Origin: an uncultured Ignavibacterium sp.
GTDB taxonomy: Bacteria; Bacteroidota; Ignavibacteria; Ignavibacteriales; Ignavibacteriaceae
DNA: 64,000 nt
Direction of reading: 5' to 3'
NCBI GenBank assembly: GCA_964592055.1
Contig: CAZQCC010000004.1
Span: 7,162-71,161 of the forward strand
A program made the translations under genes and the position numbers. Of this stretch, positions 8,285-18,500 are shown in pieces. The notes under the pieces are model-generated. The model was not told where the DNA came from, made no database searches, and saw nothing but the letters and a program-made list of their open reading frames with translations. Positions within the stretch are counted from its first letter, which is position 1, and each line of letters opens with the position of its first letter.

Positions 8285-10285
8285 ATGAAAAAATCAATAC
8301 TTCTGTTCTTCTTTCTGGTTACTGTTGGAACAATGCTCAGCTTTGCTCAAACAGTTACATTAAGCACATATGGTGTAGCACCATATGATGTTTCAGTTGA
8401 CACTCTAGAACAATATTTCGATAGACCATATAACGGACTAAAGAATGTTGGAGTGAATACTAAAGTCTATTTAAAAGTAAAATCTACTTTGGCTTTTACT
8501 AACCCAACCTGGGAGGTAATTGAAAAACCAACCGGTTCAACTGTTCAATTTGGTAATGCAAAAGTAATCGATACTTCTAATCAGATCATTACTTTTATTC
8601 CTGATCTAGCGGGAACCTATAAAGTTAAGGTAACAGTTGATACAAAAACAGCTGAAATGGTTTTTAATGCCGCTCTTTATTGGGGAGTTGAAGGCGGACC
8701 GGTTTCATGTAAAACCTGCCATCAAAATACTATCAATAATATTCCTGATCTTTACAATGCATGGGTGAACACCAATCATGCTATTGATACCAAAAAAGGA
8801 CTTGATGGAGAACTTAGTAGTCACTTCCAGGAATTTTGTTTAGCTTGCCACTCCACGGGCTACGATCCTGATGCTGATAATGGTGGTTTTGATGATTTTC
8901 CATTTGTATTCCCATCTGTTTTACAGCCGGGAACCTACAACCAGATGGTTGCACTTTATCCTGATGCAATGGCAAGAGCAAATGTACAGTGTGAAGCCTG
9001 CCACGGTCCAGGAAGCAATCACTTAAGCCAGATAGATAATGCTAAGATCGATGTTACACTATCTTCAGATGTTTGTGCATATTGCCATAAAGAAGGTTCA
9101 CATCATAATATACCATTACAATGGGATCTTTCTGTTCATGGAGCTGGAACTCATTTATATTCTGGTGCCAGCAGATACACCTGTACACCTTGCCATAATG
9201 GTCAGGGATTTGTTGATTTTGTAAAAGGTGATCCTCAAAGCGTTCAGGTTAACATTGCAATTACTTGCGCAACCTGCCATGATCCTCATTATGCAACAAA
9301 TGCACATCAATTAAGAACTGTTACAGCTACCATGAAAAACGGATTAGTAGTTGATAATGCTGGTAATGGCGGCCTTTGTTTGAATTGTCACCAATCAAGA
9401 CAAAACGCTGTTCCATTCGTAGAGAATTATTTAGTGGCATTAAATTCCAGATTCGGTCCTCATCATGGTCCTCAGGGAGATATGCTGATTGGAACAAATG
9501 CATATACATGGGGCGAAACACTTGATCAGTCACCACACTTTGCAGCTATCGAAGATGCTTGTGTTGGCTGCCATATGTACGAAAATAATAACCCACTTAA
9601 TTCAGAATTAAGCGTTGGAGGACATACGTTTAGTATGGTTAACAGTTTAGGTGAAGATAATGTTGAAGCCTGTGCAGATTGTCATGGTAACGTCGGTACA
9701 GATTTCGATCAGAAAAAACTATACATAAACGGCAGTGCTGATCTTGATAAAAATGGTGTTGCTGAAGGATTACAAATTGAAGTCGAAGGTCTGTTGCATC
9801 AGCTAGCAACTTTACTACCTCCTTACGGTTCACCGGATATTAATGTAATCGATTCATCCTGGACACTTGATGAAGCAGGTGCATTATATAATTACAGAAA
9901 TATTGAAGAAGACAGAAGCTTTGGTATGCATAATCCAAGATTTACTGTTGGTTTATTGTATCTTTCGATTGGTAAATTAGGTGGAACGGTTAGCATCGAT
10001 GATTTAAATTCTGAATTACCAAGCACATATGCTTTATCAAACAATTATCCTAACCCATTTAACCCAACAACCACTATCAATTTCTCAATTCCTGAGCAGA
10101 CCAATGTTAAAGTTATAATTTATGATGCACTTGGTAATCAGGTTGATGTAGTTGCAAATGAAGTTAAATCCGCTGGTAATTATAGTGTTAAATGGAATGC
10201 AGTAAATTATGCTTCGGGAATTTATTTCTACAAACTTGAAACTGATAATTTCGTCCAGGTTCGTAAGATGGTTCTTATGAAATAA
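8285..10285 (+). CDS. Nine-haem c-type cytochrome with a T9SS C-terminal sorting domain
   Basis: Signal peptide and 9 CXXCH motifs (CKTCH, CLACH, CEACH, CAYCH, CTPCH, CATCH, CLNCH, CVGCH, CADCH). The C-terminus reads NYPNPFNPTTTINFSIP...GIYFYKLETDNFVQVRKMVLMK. Confidence 0.85.
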   Translation: MKKSILLFFFLVTVGTMLSFAQTVTLSTYGVAPYDVSVDTLEQYFDRPYNGLKNVGVNTKVYLKVKSTLAFTNPTWEVIEKPTGSTVQFGNAKVIDTSNQIITFIPDLAGTYKVKVTVDTKTAEMVFNAALYWGVEGGPVSCKTCHQNTINNIPDLYNAWVNTNHAIDTKKGLDGELSSHFQEFCLACHSTGYDPDADNGGFDDFPFVFPSVLQPGTYNQMVALYPDAMARANVQCEACHGPGSNHLSQIDNAKIDVTLSSDVCAYCHKEGSHHNIPLQWDLSVHGAGTHLYSGASRYTCTPCHNGQGFVDFVKGDPQSVQVNIAITCATCHDPHYATNAHQLRTVTATMKNGLVVDNAGNGGLCLNCHQSRQNAVPFVENYLVALNSRFGPHHGPQGDMLIGTNAYTWGETLDQSPHFAAIEDACVGCHMYENNNPLNSELSVGGHTFSMVNSLGEDNVEACADCHGNVGTDFDQKKLYINGSADLDKNGVAEGLQIEVEGLLHQLATLLPPYGSPDINVIDSSWTLDEAGALYNYRNIEEDRSFGMHNPRFTVGLLYLSIGKLGGTVSIDDLNSELPSTYALSNNYPNPFNPTTTINFSIPEQTNVKVIIYDALGNQVDVVANEVKSAGNYSVKWNAVNYASGIYFYKLETDNFVQVRKMVLMK

Positions 10286-10316
10286 TTCCTTTTTTTGTTG
10301 GTTAGTAGTTAGTTAA

Positions 10317-10351
10317 GAAAGAGCCCGTGTTCACACGGGTTCTTTCGTTTT
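10317..10351 (+). terminator. Rho-independent terminator of the cytochrome gene
   Basis: GAAAGAGCCCGTG-TTCA-CACGGGTTCTTTC forms a 13-bp stem with one G-U pair. It is followed by GTTTT. Confidence 0.8.
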
Positions 10352-10483
10352 AAATCTGCCCGTTAATCCTAATTTTTCTTACGGAATTTTTTACGGTACA
10401 AAAAATTTTAGTTTGTCAAGTTTTTAGCTTGTTATTAACTTCGATATAGAATTTAACTTATTTAATCAAATTGGAGCATTTTT

Positions 10484-10735
10484 ATGAAAATTTATCGAAT
10501 GAATAAAATTCAAAACTCAAATAACAGCAAAACTCTTGCTTTCTTCGATATTCAACTTGATAACGGTATAATAATTAAAGGATTCAGAGTTATTAATGGA
10601 AGCAAAGGGCTTTTTATTTCTGCACCTGATGAAAAAGGTAAGGATGGTAAATTCCACGAAACAGTTATCCTGCCAAGAGAAATGAAATCTGATCTGGAAA
10701 AATTAGCTTTAGAAGAATACAATAAAATGGCGTAA
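10484..10735 (+). CDS. SpoVG-family protein
   Basis: 83 aa. LAFFDIQLDNGIIIKGFRVINGSKGLFISAPDEKGKDGKFHETVILP parallels the SpoVG core. GGAG RBS upstream. Confidence 0.5.
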   Translation: MKIYRMNKIQNSNNSKTLAFFDIQLDNGIIIKGFRVINGSKGLFISAPDEKGKDGKFHETVILPREMKSDLEKLALEEYNKMA

Positions 10736-10814
10736 CGGATTATTTGTTAATTGTCTTGATAATAAAATTTCAGAACTATTCAAATAATTTTATCTAGTTT
10801 ACAGAGGAGAAAAT

Positions 10815-13652
10815 ATGATACCAAAAGCTTATTCATTTGTTTTAATATTCATTCTATCAATCTGCCAAGTTATATCAGCTCAGACAGAATTTAAATTAGA
10901 ATTTGAAAAATATACACTAGCAAACGGTCTTGATGTAATTCTGCATGTCGATCGTTCTGACCCAATAGCTGCAGTTTCAATTCAATATCACGTCGGCAGC
11001 AACAGGGAGGTGCCTGGTAAAACAGGTTTTGCTCATTTATTCGAACATATAATGTTTCAGGAATCCCAGCATGTACCACAGGATCAATTTTTTAAACTGA
11101 TTCAGGGGAACGGCGGAACTTTAAATGGCGGTACATGGCAAGACGGTACCGTCTACTTCGAAATTGTTCCAAATAGTGCTCTTGAACTTGCACTGTGGCT
11201 TGAGGCCGACCGGATGGGATTTATGCTTCCAACCGTTACTTATGACGCATTTCTTAACCAGCAGCAGGTTGTACAAAATGAAAAAAGACAGAACTATGAT
11301 AATCAGCCTTACGGACATTCAAGCTACATAATTGGTAAAATGCTGTATCAAGATGGACATCCATATAATTGGACAACAATTGGTTCGCTTGAAGATCTGC
11401 AAAATGCAACATTAAAAGATGTACACGAGTTTTATAACAAATGGTATGGTCCAAACAATGCAACTCTTGTTGTTGCTGGTGACTTTGATGTTGAACAGAC
11501 TAAGGAATGGATTGAAAAATATTTTGGAGAGATAAAATCTTCTGCTCCGGTTGAACCTTTAAAGCCGATGCTTACAAAATTGGAAAATCCTAAGAGAGCT
11601 TACTATGAAGATAACTTTGCACAATCTCCTGAGCTTACAATGCTGTTTCCTGCGGTAGAAAATTTTTCTGATGACAGTTATGCTCTTGATGTTTTAGCTG
11701 ATTTAATCGGTAGAGGTAAAAAATCACCTTTATATAAATTATTAGTTGAAGAGAAAAAACTTGCCCCATCTTTTTCAACCTTTAATAACAGTGGAGAAGT
11801 AGCAGGTGATTTTAGAATACGTGTAAGAACTTATCCCAATAAAAATTTAACCGAAGTAGAAAAAACAATCTTTGAAGCATTTGCAAGATTTGAGAAGGAA
11901 GGTTTTACAGAAAAAGATCTTGCAAGAACAAAGGCTGGAATCGAAACACAATTTTATAATTCTATTTCAAGCGTCTTAGGTAAATCGAGACAGCTTGCAA
12001 CTTATAATATCTTTAAAGGAACACCCGATTATTTAAATACTCATCTTAACAAAATTCTTTCTGTTACAAGTGAAGATGTTTGGAGAGTGTATAACAAATA
12101 CATCAAAGATAGAAATTATGTGCTGCTCAGTTTTGTTCCCAAAGGTAAAACTGAATTAGCAGCCGAAAACTCTCAATTGTTTGATGTGCCTGCAGACAAT
12201 ATTAAAACATATACCGAGGATGAGAAACTTGCTATTCGTAATAAACCGGAAAATTTGGTTAAGGTGGAGAAGCTCGCATCTTCATTTGATAGATCCCAAA
12301 TGCCATCAAACGGTCCTGATGCTTTATTAAAAGAACAGGAAATTTGGGACGAAGAACTAAATAACGGTATTAGGATACTTGGTATAGAGCATAATGAGTT
12401 ACCTTTATTTGATTTCCAAATAGCTATAAGCGGCGGTATGCTGCTGGATGATCCTGGCAAAGTAGGTACAGCAAATTTAGTAGCCCGGATGATGATGCAG
12501 GGCACTAAAACTAAAACTCCACTTGAACTCGAAGAAGCAATTCAGGATCTGGGTGCAAATATTTTCATTAACGCATCAGACGATGAAATTGTGATTCGGG
12601 CTAATTGTCTTTCTTCAAAATTTGCAGAGACTTATCAGCTGGTTGAAGAAATAATATTCGAGCCAAGATGGGATGAAAAGGAATTTGAAAGACTTAAAAA
12701 TGAAATAATAGAAAGCATAAACAGATCAAAAACATCTGCAAGTACTACTGCCTCAAATGTTTTTGCTTCGTTGGTGTATGGAAAAGATAATATCCTTTCA
12801 AATAGTATAATTGGTAATGAAATATCCTTGCCATCTATTACTATACAGGATTTGAAAAATTATTATGATCAAGCCTTCGATCCTCAAAATACAAAAATAA
12901 GTATTGCAGGTAACGTTTCTGAATCGGTAGTAATTGATAGATTTAAAAATCTTGAAAAGAGATGGCTGAAAAAAGGTACAGAAGTTAAACTGCCAGCTGC
13001 ATTTAGTAAGTATGAAAAAGCAAAAGTCTATTTCATTGATTTTCCAGGTGCAAAACAATCTGAAATAAGAATAGGTGGGCTTGGATTACCATTTACACAC
13101 CCCGACTATTTTAAAACAACGGTGATGAATTATAAACTTGGAGGAAGTTTTAACGGTATCGTTAATCTTATTCTTAGAGAAGAAAAAGGTTATACATATG
13201 GAGCAAGAACCAATTTTTCAGGATATAAATATCCCGGATACTTTGTTGCGAGCTCAGGTGTTCAATCAAACGCTACATTAGAATCCGTTCAAATATTCCA
13301 GAATTCTATGAATGAATATAGAAACGGCATTTCAGTTGATGATCTAAAATTCACAAAAGATGCATTAATAAAATCTAATGCTTTAAGATTTGAAACTTTG
13401 GGCGCGCTAAGAGGAATGCTTGGCCAGATTGTTAAGTACGATCTTCCTTTCAATTATATCAAACTTCAGGAAAAACAAATTGCAGATATGTCTCTTGAGG
13501 AACACAAGATGTTAGCACAAATGTACATTAATCCAGAAAAGATGATTTATCTTGTAGCCGGAGATAAAGCTACCCAATTTGAGGAGTTAAAAAAACTTGG
13601 ATTTGGAGAGCCAATTCTTTTGGACAAAAACGGAAATGCAATTAAAGAATAG
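10815..13652 (+). CDS. Secreted M16 (pitrilysin/insulinase) family zinc peptidase, double-unit
   Basis: Signal peptide and an HLFEH (HxxEH) zinc motif followed by the downstream Glu region. The 945 aa correspond to fused active plus inactive M16 halves. Confidence 0.8.
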   Translation: MIPKAYSFVLIFILSICQVISAQTEFKLEFEKYTLANGLDVILHVDRSDPIAAVSIQYHVGSNREVPGKTGFAHLFEHIMFQESQHVPQDQFFKLIQGNGGTLNGGTWQDGTVYFEIVPNSALELALWLEADRMGFMLPTVTYDAFLNQQQVVQNEKRQNYDNQPYGHSSYIIGKMLYQDGHPYNWTTIGSLEDLQNATLKDVHEFYNKWYGPNNATLVVAGDFDVEQTKEWIEKYFGEIKSSAPVEPLKPMLTKLENPKRAYYEDNFAQSPELTMLFPAVENFSDDSYALDVLADLIGRGKKSPLYKLLVEEKKLAPSFSTFNNSGEVAGDFRIRVRTYPNKNLTEVEKTIFEAFARFEKEGFTEKDLARTKAGIETQFYNSISSVLGKSRQLATYNIFKGTPDYLNTHLNKILSVTSEDVWRVYNKYIKDRNYVLLSFVPKGKTELAAENSQLFDVPADNIKTYTEDEKLAIRNKPENLVKVEKLASSFDRSQMPSNGPDALLKEQEIWDEELNNGIRILGIEHNELPLFDFQIAISGGMLLDDPGKVGTANLVARMMMQGTKTKTPLELEEAIQDLGANIFINASDDEIVIRANCLSSKFAETYQLVEEIIFEPRWDEKEFERLKNEIIESINRSKTSASTTASNVFASLVYGKDNILSNSIIGNEISLPSITIQDLKNYYDQAFDPQNTKISIAGNVSESVVIDRFKNLEKRWLKKGTEVKLPAAFSKYEKAKVYFIDFPGAKQSEIRIGGLGLPFTHPDYFKTTVMNYKLGGSFNGIVNLILREEKGYTYGARTNFSGYKYPGYFVASSGVQSNATLESVQIFQNSMNEYRNGISVDDLKFTKDALIKSNALRFETLGALRGMLGQIVKYDLPFNYIKLQEKQIADMSLEEHKMLAQMYINPEKMIYLVAGDKATQFEELKKLGFGEPILLDKNGNAIKE

Positions 13653-13671
13653 GAAAAGATAAAAAGTAAAC

Positions 13672-13710
13672 AAAAAGGCTTTCCCGGTTACTTGTCTGGA
13701 AAGCCTTTTT
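13672..13710. terminator. Bidirectional terminator between convergent genes
   Basis: AAAAAGGCTTTCC ... GGAAAGCCTTTTT has an A-run on one side and a T-run on the other. It lies between 13652 (+) and 13715 (-). Confidence 0.75.
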
Positions 13711-13714
13711 AATA

Positions 13715-15214
13715 TTAATTAGTTTGTTTTAATTCGCAGCGTCTGTTTTTCTGTCTGTTTGCTTTTGATGTATTTGGTACGATTGGTTTATCCATCCCAA
13801 ATCCAATAGCAGTTAATCTCTCAGGATCGATACCTTTTTTGACTAGCCAATCTTTAACTGATTTAGCTCTTCTTTCAGATAAAAGCTGGTTATATTTTTT
13901 TGTGCCCTTATTATCTGTATGGCCGCTGATTTCGATTAATACTTCCTGATTCTCATTTAATATACCCAAAGCATTATTAAGAATAGTTTCTGATTCACGT
14001 GTTATGTTAGTTTTATCAAATCCAAAAGTGATATTATCAAAATTAAATATTTGTTTTTTGATTACTGGAACGTCATCTTTTTGATCCAGCGGATTAGTAC
14101 CTCTTTTTATTTCTGCAAGATCATCAACTGAACCATCATCACTATCTTTTTTATTCGGATTAGTCTTATAAGCAAAGATTTCTTCTGATTCACTTAAGCC
14201 ATCCTGATCACTATCAGCATTTAAAAGATCAGTCCCATATTTAGTAACTTCATCAAAGTCATTTATCCCATCTCCGTCGGTATCGGCATTAAGTGGATTA
14301 CTTTTTAATTCAACAATCTCTTTATGATCATCCAGTCCATCTAAATCAGAATCCATATTTAACGGATTTGTTTTCCATTTATAAACTTCATCGTAATCAG
14401 ATATACGGTCTCCATCAGAATCTATCGATAACGGATTAGTTTTAAAATTATTAAACTCTTCGCCATCAGATATTCCGTCAGCATCACTATCCGGATTATT
14501 AGGATCTGTTCCAATAGTATTTTCATCGCAGGCTAACAGCCGATCTTCATCCTCATCTGTCTTGCAATTTTCTGAAGTATAAATTAATCCTATGGATGTA
14601 CTGAAATATGAATCCCAAATTTCTTCGGTTCGTCCTTTAAATCCATCAAGTTCAAAACTTGTGCTTAAAGTTCCGCCAAGCGATAACTCAAAAAGAAAGT
14701 TTTTGCTAAGTGAAAATTCTGAACCAATTCCAATCGGGAATAAACCAGACCAACCGTTTTTCTTATCAAATTCACAATCCAATCCTTCTGGTTTGTTGTG
14801 GGAAACATAATGCATCACTCCAGCACCAGCGTAAAAGAACGGATTCCAGGATTTTAACTGGAATGGGTTTATTTTCAATCTTACATCAAAAGGAAGAATA
14901 GTAGTATTGTAGTTGCCTTGATCTATATCATTGCAGAAAGCCTCACCCGCATATTTTCCATAGCCGAGATTAAACTCAACTTCAAGCGCATCTGATAGTT
15001 CAATCGCATAAAGGATTTCAGCCAGGAATGAAAAATGATATGACTCAAAAGAAAAATCATCATTACCACCAAAACCAACATTTCTAAATTCATTTTCTGG
15101 AAATATCTGATTGTATCTTACTCCAAATTTTGTGCCCCAATCCTTAAACTGGGCGTTACCTTGCGTGCTAAAAAGAATAGCAATAAGTGAAGTTATCAGT
15201 ATTATTTTTTTCAT
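13715..15214 (-). CDS. OmpA-family protein with an N-terminal beta-barrel, thrombospondin type-3-like Ca-binding repeats and a C-terminal OmpA domain
   Basis: Repeated DxDxDGxxDxxE motifs (DSDADGISDGEE, DSDGDRISDYDE, DTDGDGINDFDE). The C-terminus reads ISGHTDNKGTKKYNQLLSERRAKSV. Confidence 0.8.
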   Translation of the reverse strand: MKKIILITSLIAILFSTQGNAQFKDWGTKFGVRYNQIFPENEFRNVGFGGNDDFSFESYHFSFLAEILYAIELSDALEVEFNLGYGKYAGEAFCNDIDQGNYNTTILPFDVRLKINPFQLKSWNPFFYAGAGVMHYVSHNKPEGLDCEFDKKNGWSGLFPIGIGSEFSLSKNFLFELSLGGTLSTSFELDGFKGRTEEIWDSYFSTSIGLIYTSENCKTDEDEDRLLACDENTIGTDPNNPDSDADGISDGEEFNNFKTNPLSIDSDGDRISDYDEVYKWKTNPLNMDSDLDGLDDHKEIVELKSNPLNADTDGDGINDFDEVTKYGTDLLNADSDQDGLSESEEIFAYKTNPNKKDSDDGSVDDLAEIKRGTNPLDQKDDVPVIKKQIFNFDNITFGFDKTNITRESETILNNALGILNENQEVLIEISGHTDNKGTKKYNQLLSERRAKSVKDWLVKKGIDPERLTAIGFGMDKPIVPNTSKANRQKNRRCELKQTN

Positions 15215-15297
15215 ATGATATCTGATTTTTTACTTTACATTTTAATTGTCTTATCTTTTTAATTATCGATAAATAGCACAAATAGTTAAGCCTGAGC

Positions 15298-15371
15298 AAA
15301 AAAAACCCCGAGACATAAGTTTCGGGGAATTGCGACGTCAGAAGGCTGGGGGAATTGCCTTTGCTGACGTA
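15298..15371 (-). ncRNA. Candidate structured RNA (small RNA or 5' leader/attenuator) ending in an intrinsic terminator
   Basis: Minus strand: the imperfect hairpin ACGTCAGCAAAGGC-AATTCCCCCA-GCCTTCTGACGT is followed by CCCCGAAACTTATGTCTCGGGG plus T8. It lies between the RND terminator and the OmpA-family gene. Confidence 0.35.
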
Positions 15372-15480
15372 AGCATTGCTTAACTAACTAACTATTTCTG
15401 TTCAACTAATTATCGAAAACTATTCGTATTAGTTTAGGCCTTAGATTCATATTTTTAATGCGATTGAACTTGAACCAATA

Positions 15481-15508
15481 AAAAAGGCGAGATTAAACTC
15501 GCCTTTTT
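15481..15508 (-). terminator. Rho-independent terminator of the RND efflux operon
   Basis: AAAAAGGCGAG-N6-CTCGCCTTTTT sits 5 nt after the stop codon at 15513-15515. Confidence 0.8.
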
Positions 15509-15512
15509 AATA

Positions 15513-18500
15513 CTAAACTTTCTCTCTACTCATCGGGTCAACAAATTTTGCCCTAGAAGTGATATAATAAAATGCGGGAATAACGAATAGGGTCAAAACA
15601 GTCGAAACCAATAAACCCCCTATAGCAACTATTCCCAACGGCATTCTCATTTCTTTACCAGCGTCTCCAATCCCAATCGCTAGAGGAAGCATACCAAGAA
15701 TGATTGCAATCGATGCCATGATCTGTGGTTTTAGCTTTGTCGGCGCTGCTTCAAGTAAAGCATCCTTTGGCAGATAGCCCTGTTCTCTTCTTAGCTGATT
15801 AGTGTAATCAAGAATTAAAATTGCGTTATTAACCACAATTCCTATAAGCATGATTATTGCCATTAATGATGTAATGCTGAATGCGGTATTTGTAACGAAC
15901 AGCGCAAGTATCACGCCGATTAAACCAAGAACTACTGTTATCATTATCATTACCGGCTGCCAGAAACTTTCAAGTATTGCAGCAAGCAGCATATAGGTTA
16001 ATAATACAGCTAAAAGAAATGCAAACATCATATCTTTGATCATGTCGTTCATCATTTTAACATTACCACCCCAGGAAAATGAATAACCTGAAGGTAGTTC
16101 TAATTCAGTGAACCTTTTCTCGATTTCGTTTGTAACGGTTCCTAATGGATATCCGGGAGCGGCAGCGCCGGTAAACATAATTGATGTAAACTTGTCTCTG
16201 TGAAGAATCTTTGTAAATCCATTGGTAAACTCCACATTAGCTAATTGTGCAAGCCTGAATGAACCATACGGAGTTGCAACAGAAATATTCGCAATCTTTT
16301 CTGGTGAATTAACAGATTCATCATTAAGCGTAACTGTAATATCATACTCATCGCCAGACTCACGATATTTGGCTGATTGTATCCCTTCAATACCAGCTCG
16401 TAGCGATAATGCAAGTTCAGTAATAGTGATTCCTACCTCAGTTAACTTTTCTCTTCTGGGATAGACGGTAAATTCAGGCTTGCCTGCGCGTGAACTATTA
16501 TCAAAGTTTATTAAACCGGGTACATCTTTAATTTTTTCAACCGCTTGATTTTTTAATATTTCAAGTTGATCTAAATCCTGACCAAGTAGGAAAAATTGAA
16601 TTGGGGCTTCCTGACCACCCATTCGGGAACCCACATCAACTTTAACATTAGCGTTAGGTATATCTGTTAAATCTTTAGAAATTTTAGAGATCATATCCAT
16701 TATCTTTTGGTCGCGTTCATTAGCTTCCGAAAGCTGGACATCAATACTTGCCATATTAGTACCAACATCAAGATCACTTAGCTTACCAAGATTAGTAAGA
16801 ATATGTATTACTTCAGGATGTTTTTTAACTCTTTCCTCAATTACTCTTACGGTATTTGCAGTCTCTTCAAGGTTGAAACCGGAAGGCAGTTCAACGGTAA
16901 TGCTTATCTTTCCATCATCAGTAGTTGGAATAAATTCAAAACCAAGCTTTGGCCCGAATACAATCATAACAAAAACAAATATTAAAATTGATGCGATAAC
17001 GGTTAGTGTACTTCTAAGTTTAGAATGAAGCACATAGCCAAGCATTCTCTTATACCACTCTGTTTGCCTGGTCTCAAACTTGTTAAACCAGGTAGCCAGT
17101 TTTCCGGTTTTATGCTCTTTCGATAGGATGATTGATGAAAGTAATGGAGTTAAAGTGAAAGACATTATCAAAGAAAAAATTGTTGCAAAAACAGCTGCAA
17201 GTGCAAGTTCCCTCAACCATAAGCCAACCATTGATGACATATTAGCTATTGGCAAGAACACAACGATATTGGTTAGAGTTGAAGCAAGTACCGCAACACC
17301 AACCTCAGAGGTGCCTTTAAATGCAGCCTGTTTAATTGTTTCTCCCATCTTTTTGTATCTAAAGATATTTTCAAGCACAACAATAGAATTTGCAACAAGC
17401 ACTCCCACAGATACAGAAAGACCCATAAGCGTCATCATATTGAGCGATAAACCCGATGCTTGAAGCAACAGGAAGGTAGAAATAATTGAAGTAGGCATTG
17501 ATAATGCAACTACCAGTGTTGAACGCCAATCGTGTAGGAATAGGAATAAGATCAGCGAAGTGAAAATTACTCCAAGATAAATATTACTCATTGTATCATC
17601 AAAACTGCTTTGAACGAAATCCGATGCATCATTAACTATTTCAAGTTTTGCACCTTCCGGTAGAGCATTTTGAATTTCCGGTAGCGAACTTCTAATTGCA
17701 TCAGCAACCTTTACTACGTTTCCATCACTGCTTTTTATTATTCCTAATCGAACAACATTTTCATTCCTGAAATTTTCTTTAACATTATAAAATGTAGCAC
17801 GTTGTCTGATATCTTTACCGGAATCAATTACATCAGCAATCTGTCTGATTTTTTTTGGACCATACGCAGTGGGGATATCTAATTCGCTTATGCTGTTAGG
17901 ATCCTGGAATTGTCCCTGAAGTCTAACTGTATACTCCTGATTGCCAATTTGAAAGTATCCACCAGGGATATCCATATTATGTAATTTTAAAATCTGGCTA
18001 AGTTGAGGTAGAGAGATATTATTTTCATAAACGATTTTGTTATCAAGAACTACTCTAACTTCGCGTTCCTGTCCACCGGTAATCTGAACATTAGCAACAC
18101 CATCGATCTGAGAAAAACGATCCTTCAAAGTTTTATCAGCAATTTCATATAACTGTCTTGGATTTAAGTTTCCACTTAAAACGAGGTCAACAACGGGAAA
18201 AAGTCTTATATCTATTTTTTGAACTACTGGTTTTTCGGCATCCTCAGGAAGTTCATTAATTATCTGATCTACTTTATCTTTAACTTCCTGGTTAGCAACG
18301 TTAACATCTTTTGCTAATTGAAATTCTATAATGATGACTGAAGCTCCATCAAGGGAGTAAGATTCAATTCTTTCTATCTGGCTGATAGTAGAAACGGCAT
18401 CTTCAATTCTTTTAGTAATTAGAGTTTCAATCTCTTTTGGTCCGGCACCAGGATAGACAGTCTGGACTGTAACGTATGGTATTTCCACATCCGGCTGAAG

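Noticed and set aside
6342-10285. Large beta-barrel gene next to the multihaem cytochrome as a porin-cytochrome (Pcc/Mtr-like) conduit.
   Set aside because: The barrel has a Wzi-like helical N-terminus. The genes are separated by 263 bp containing their own promoter-like signals. No periplasmic partner cytochrome is present, and the cytochrome carries a T9SS tail implying a different export route.
14100-14560. Asp-rich repeat region of the OmpA-family gene as a DNA-level tandem repeat or phase-variable tract.
   Set aside because: The repeats are conserved only at the protein level (DxDxDG Ca-binding loops). The nucleotide units are degenerate and of unequal length, so slipped-strand variation is unlikely.
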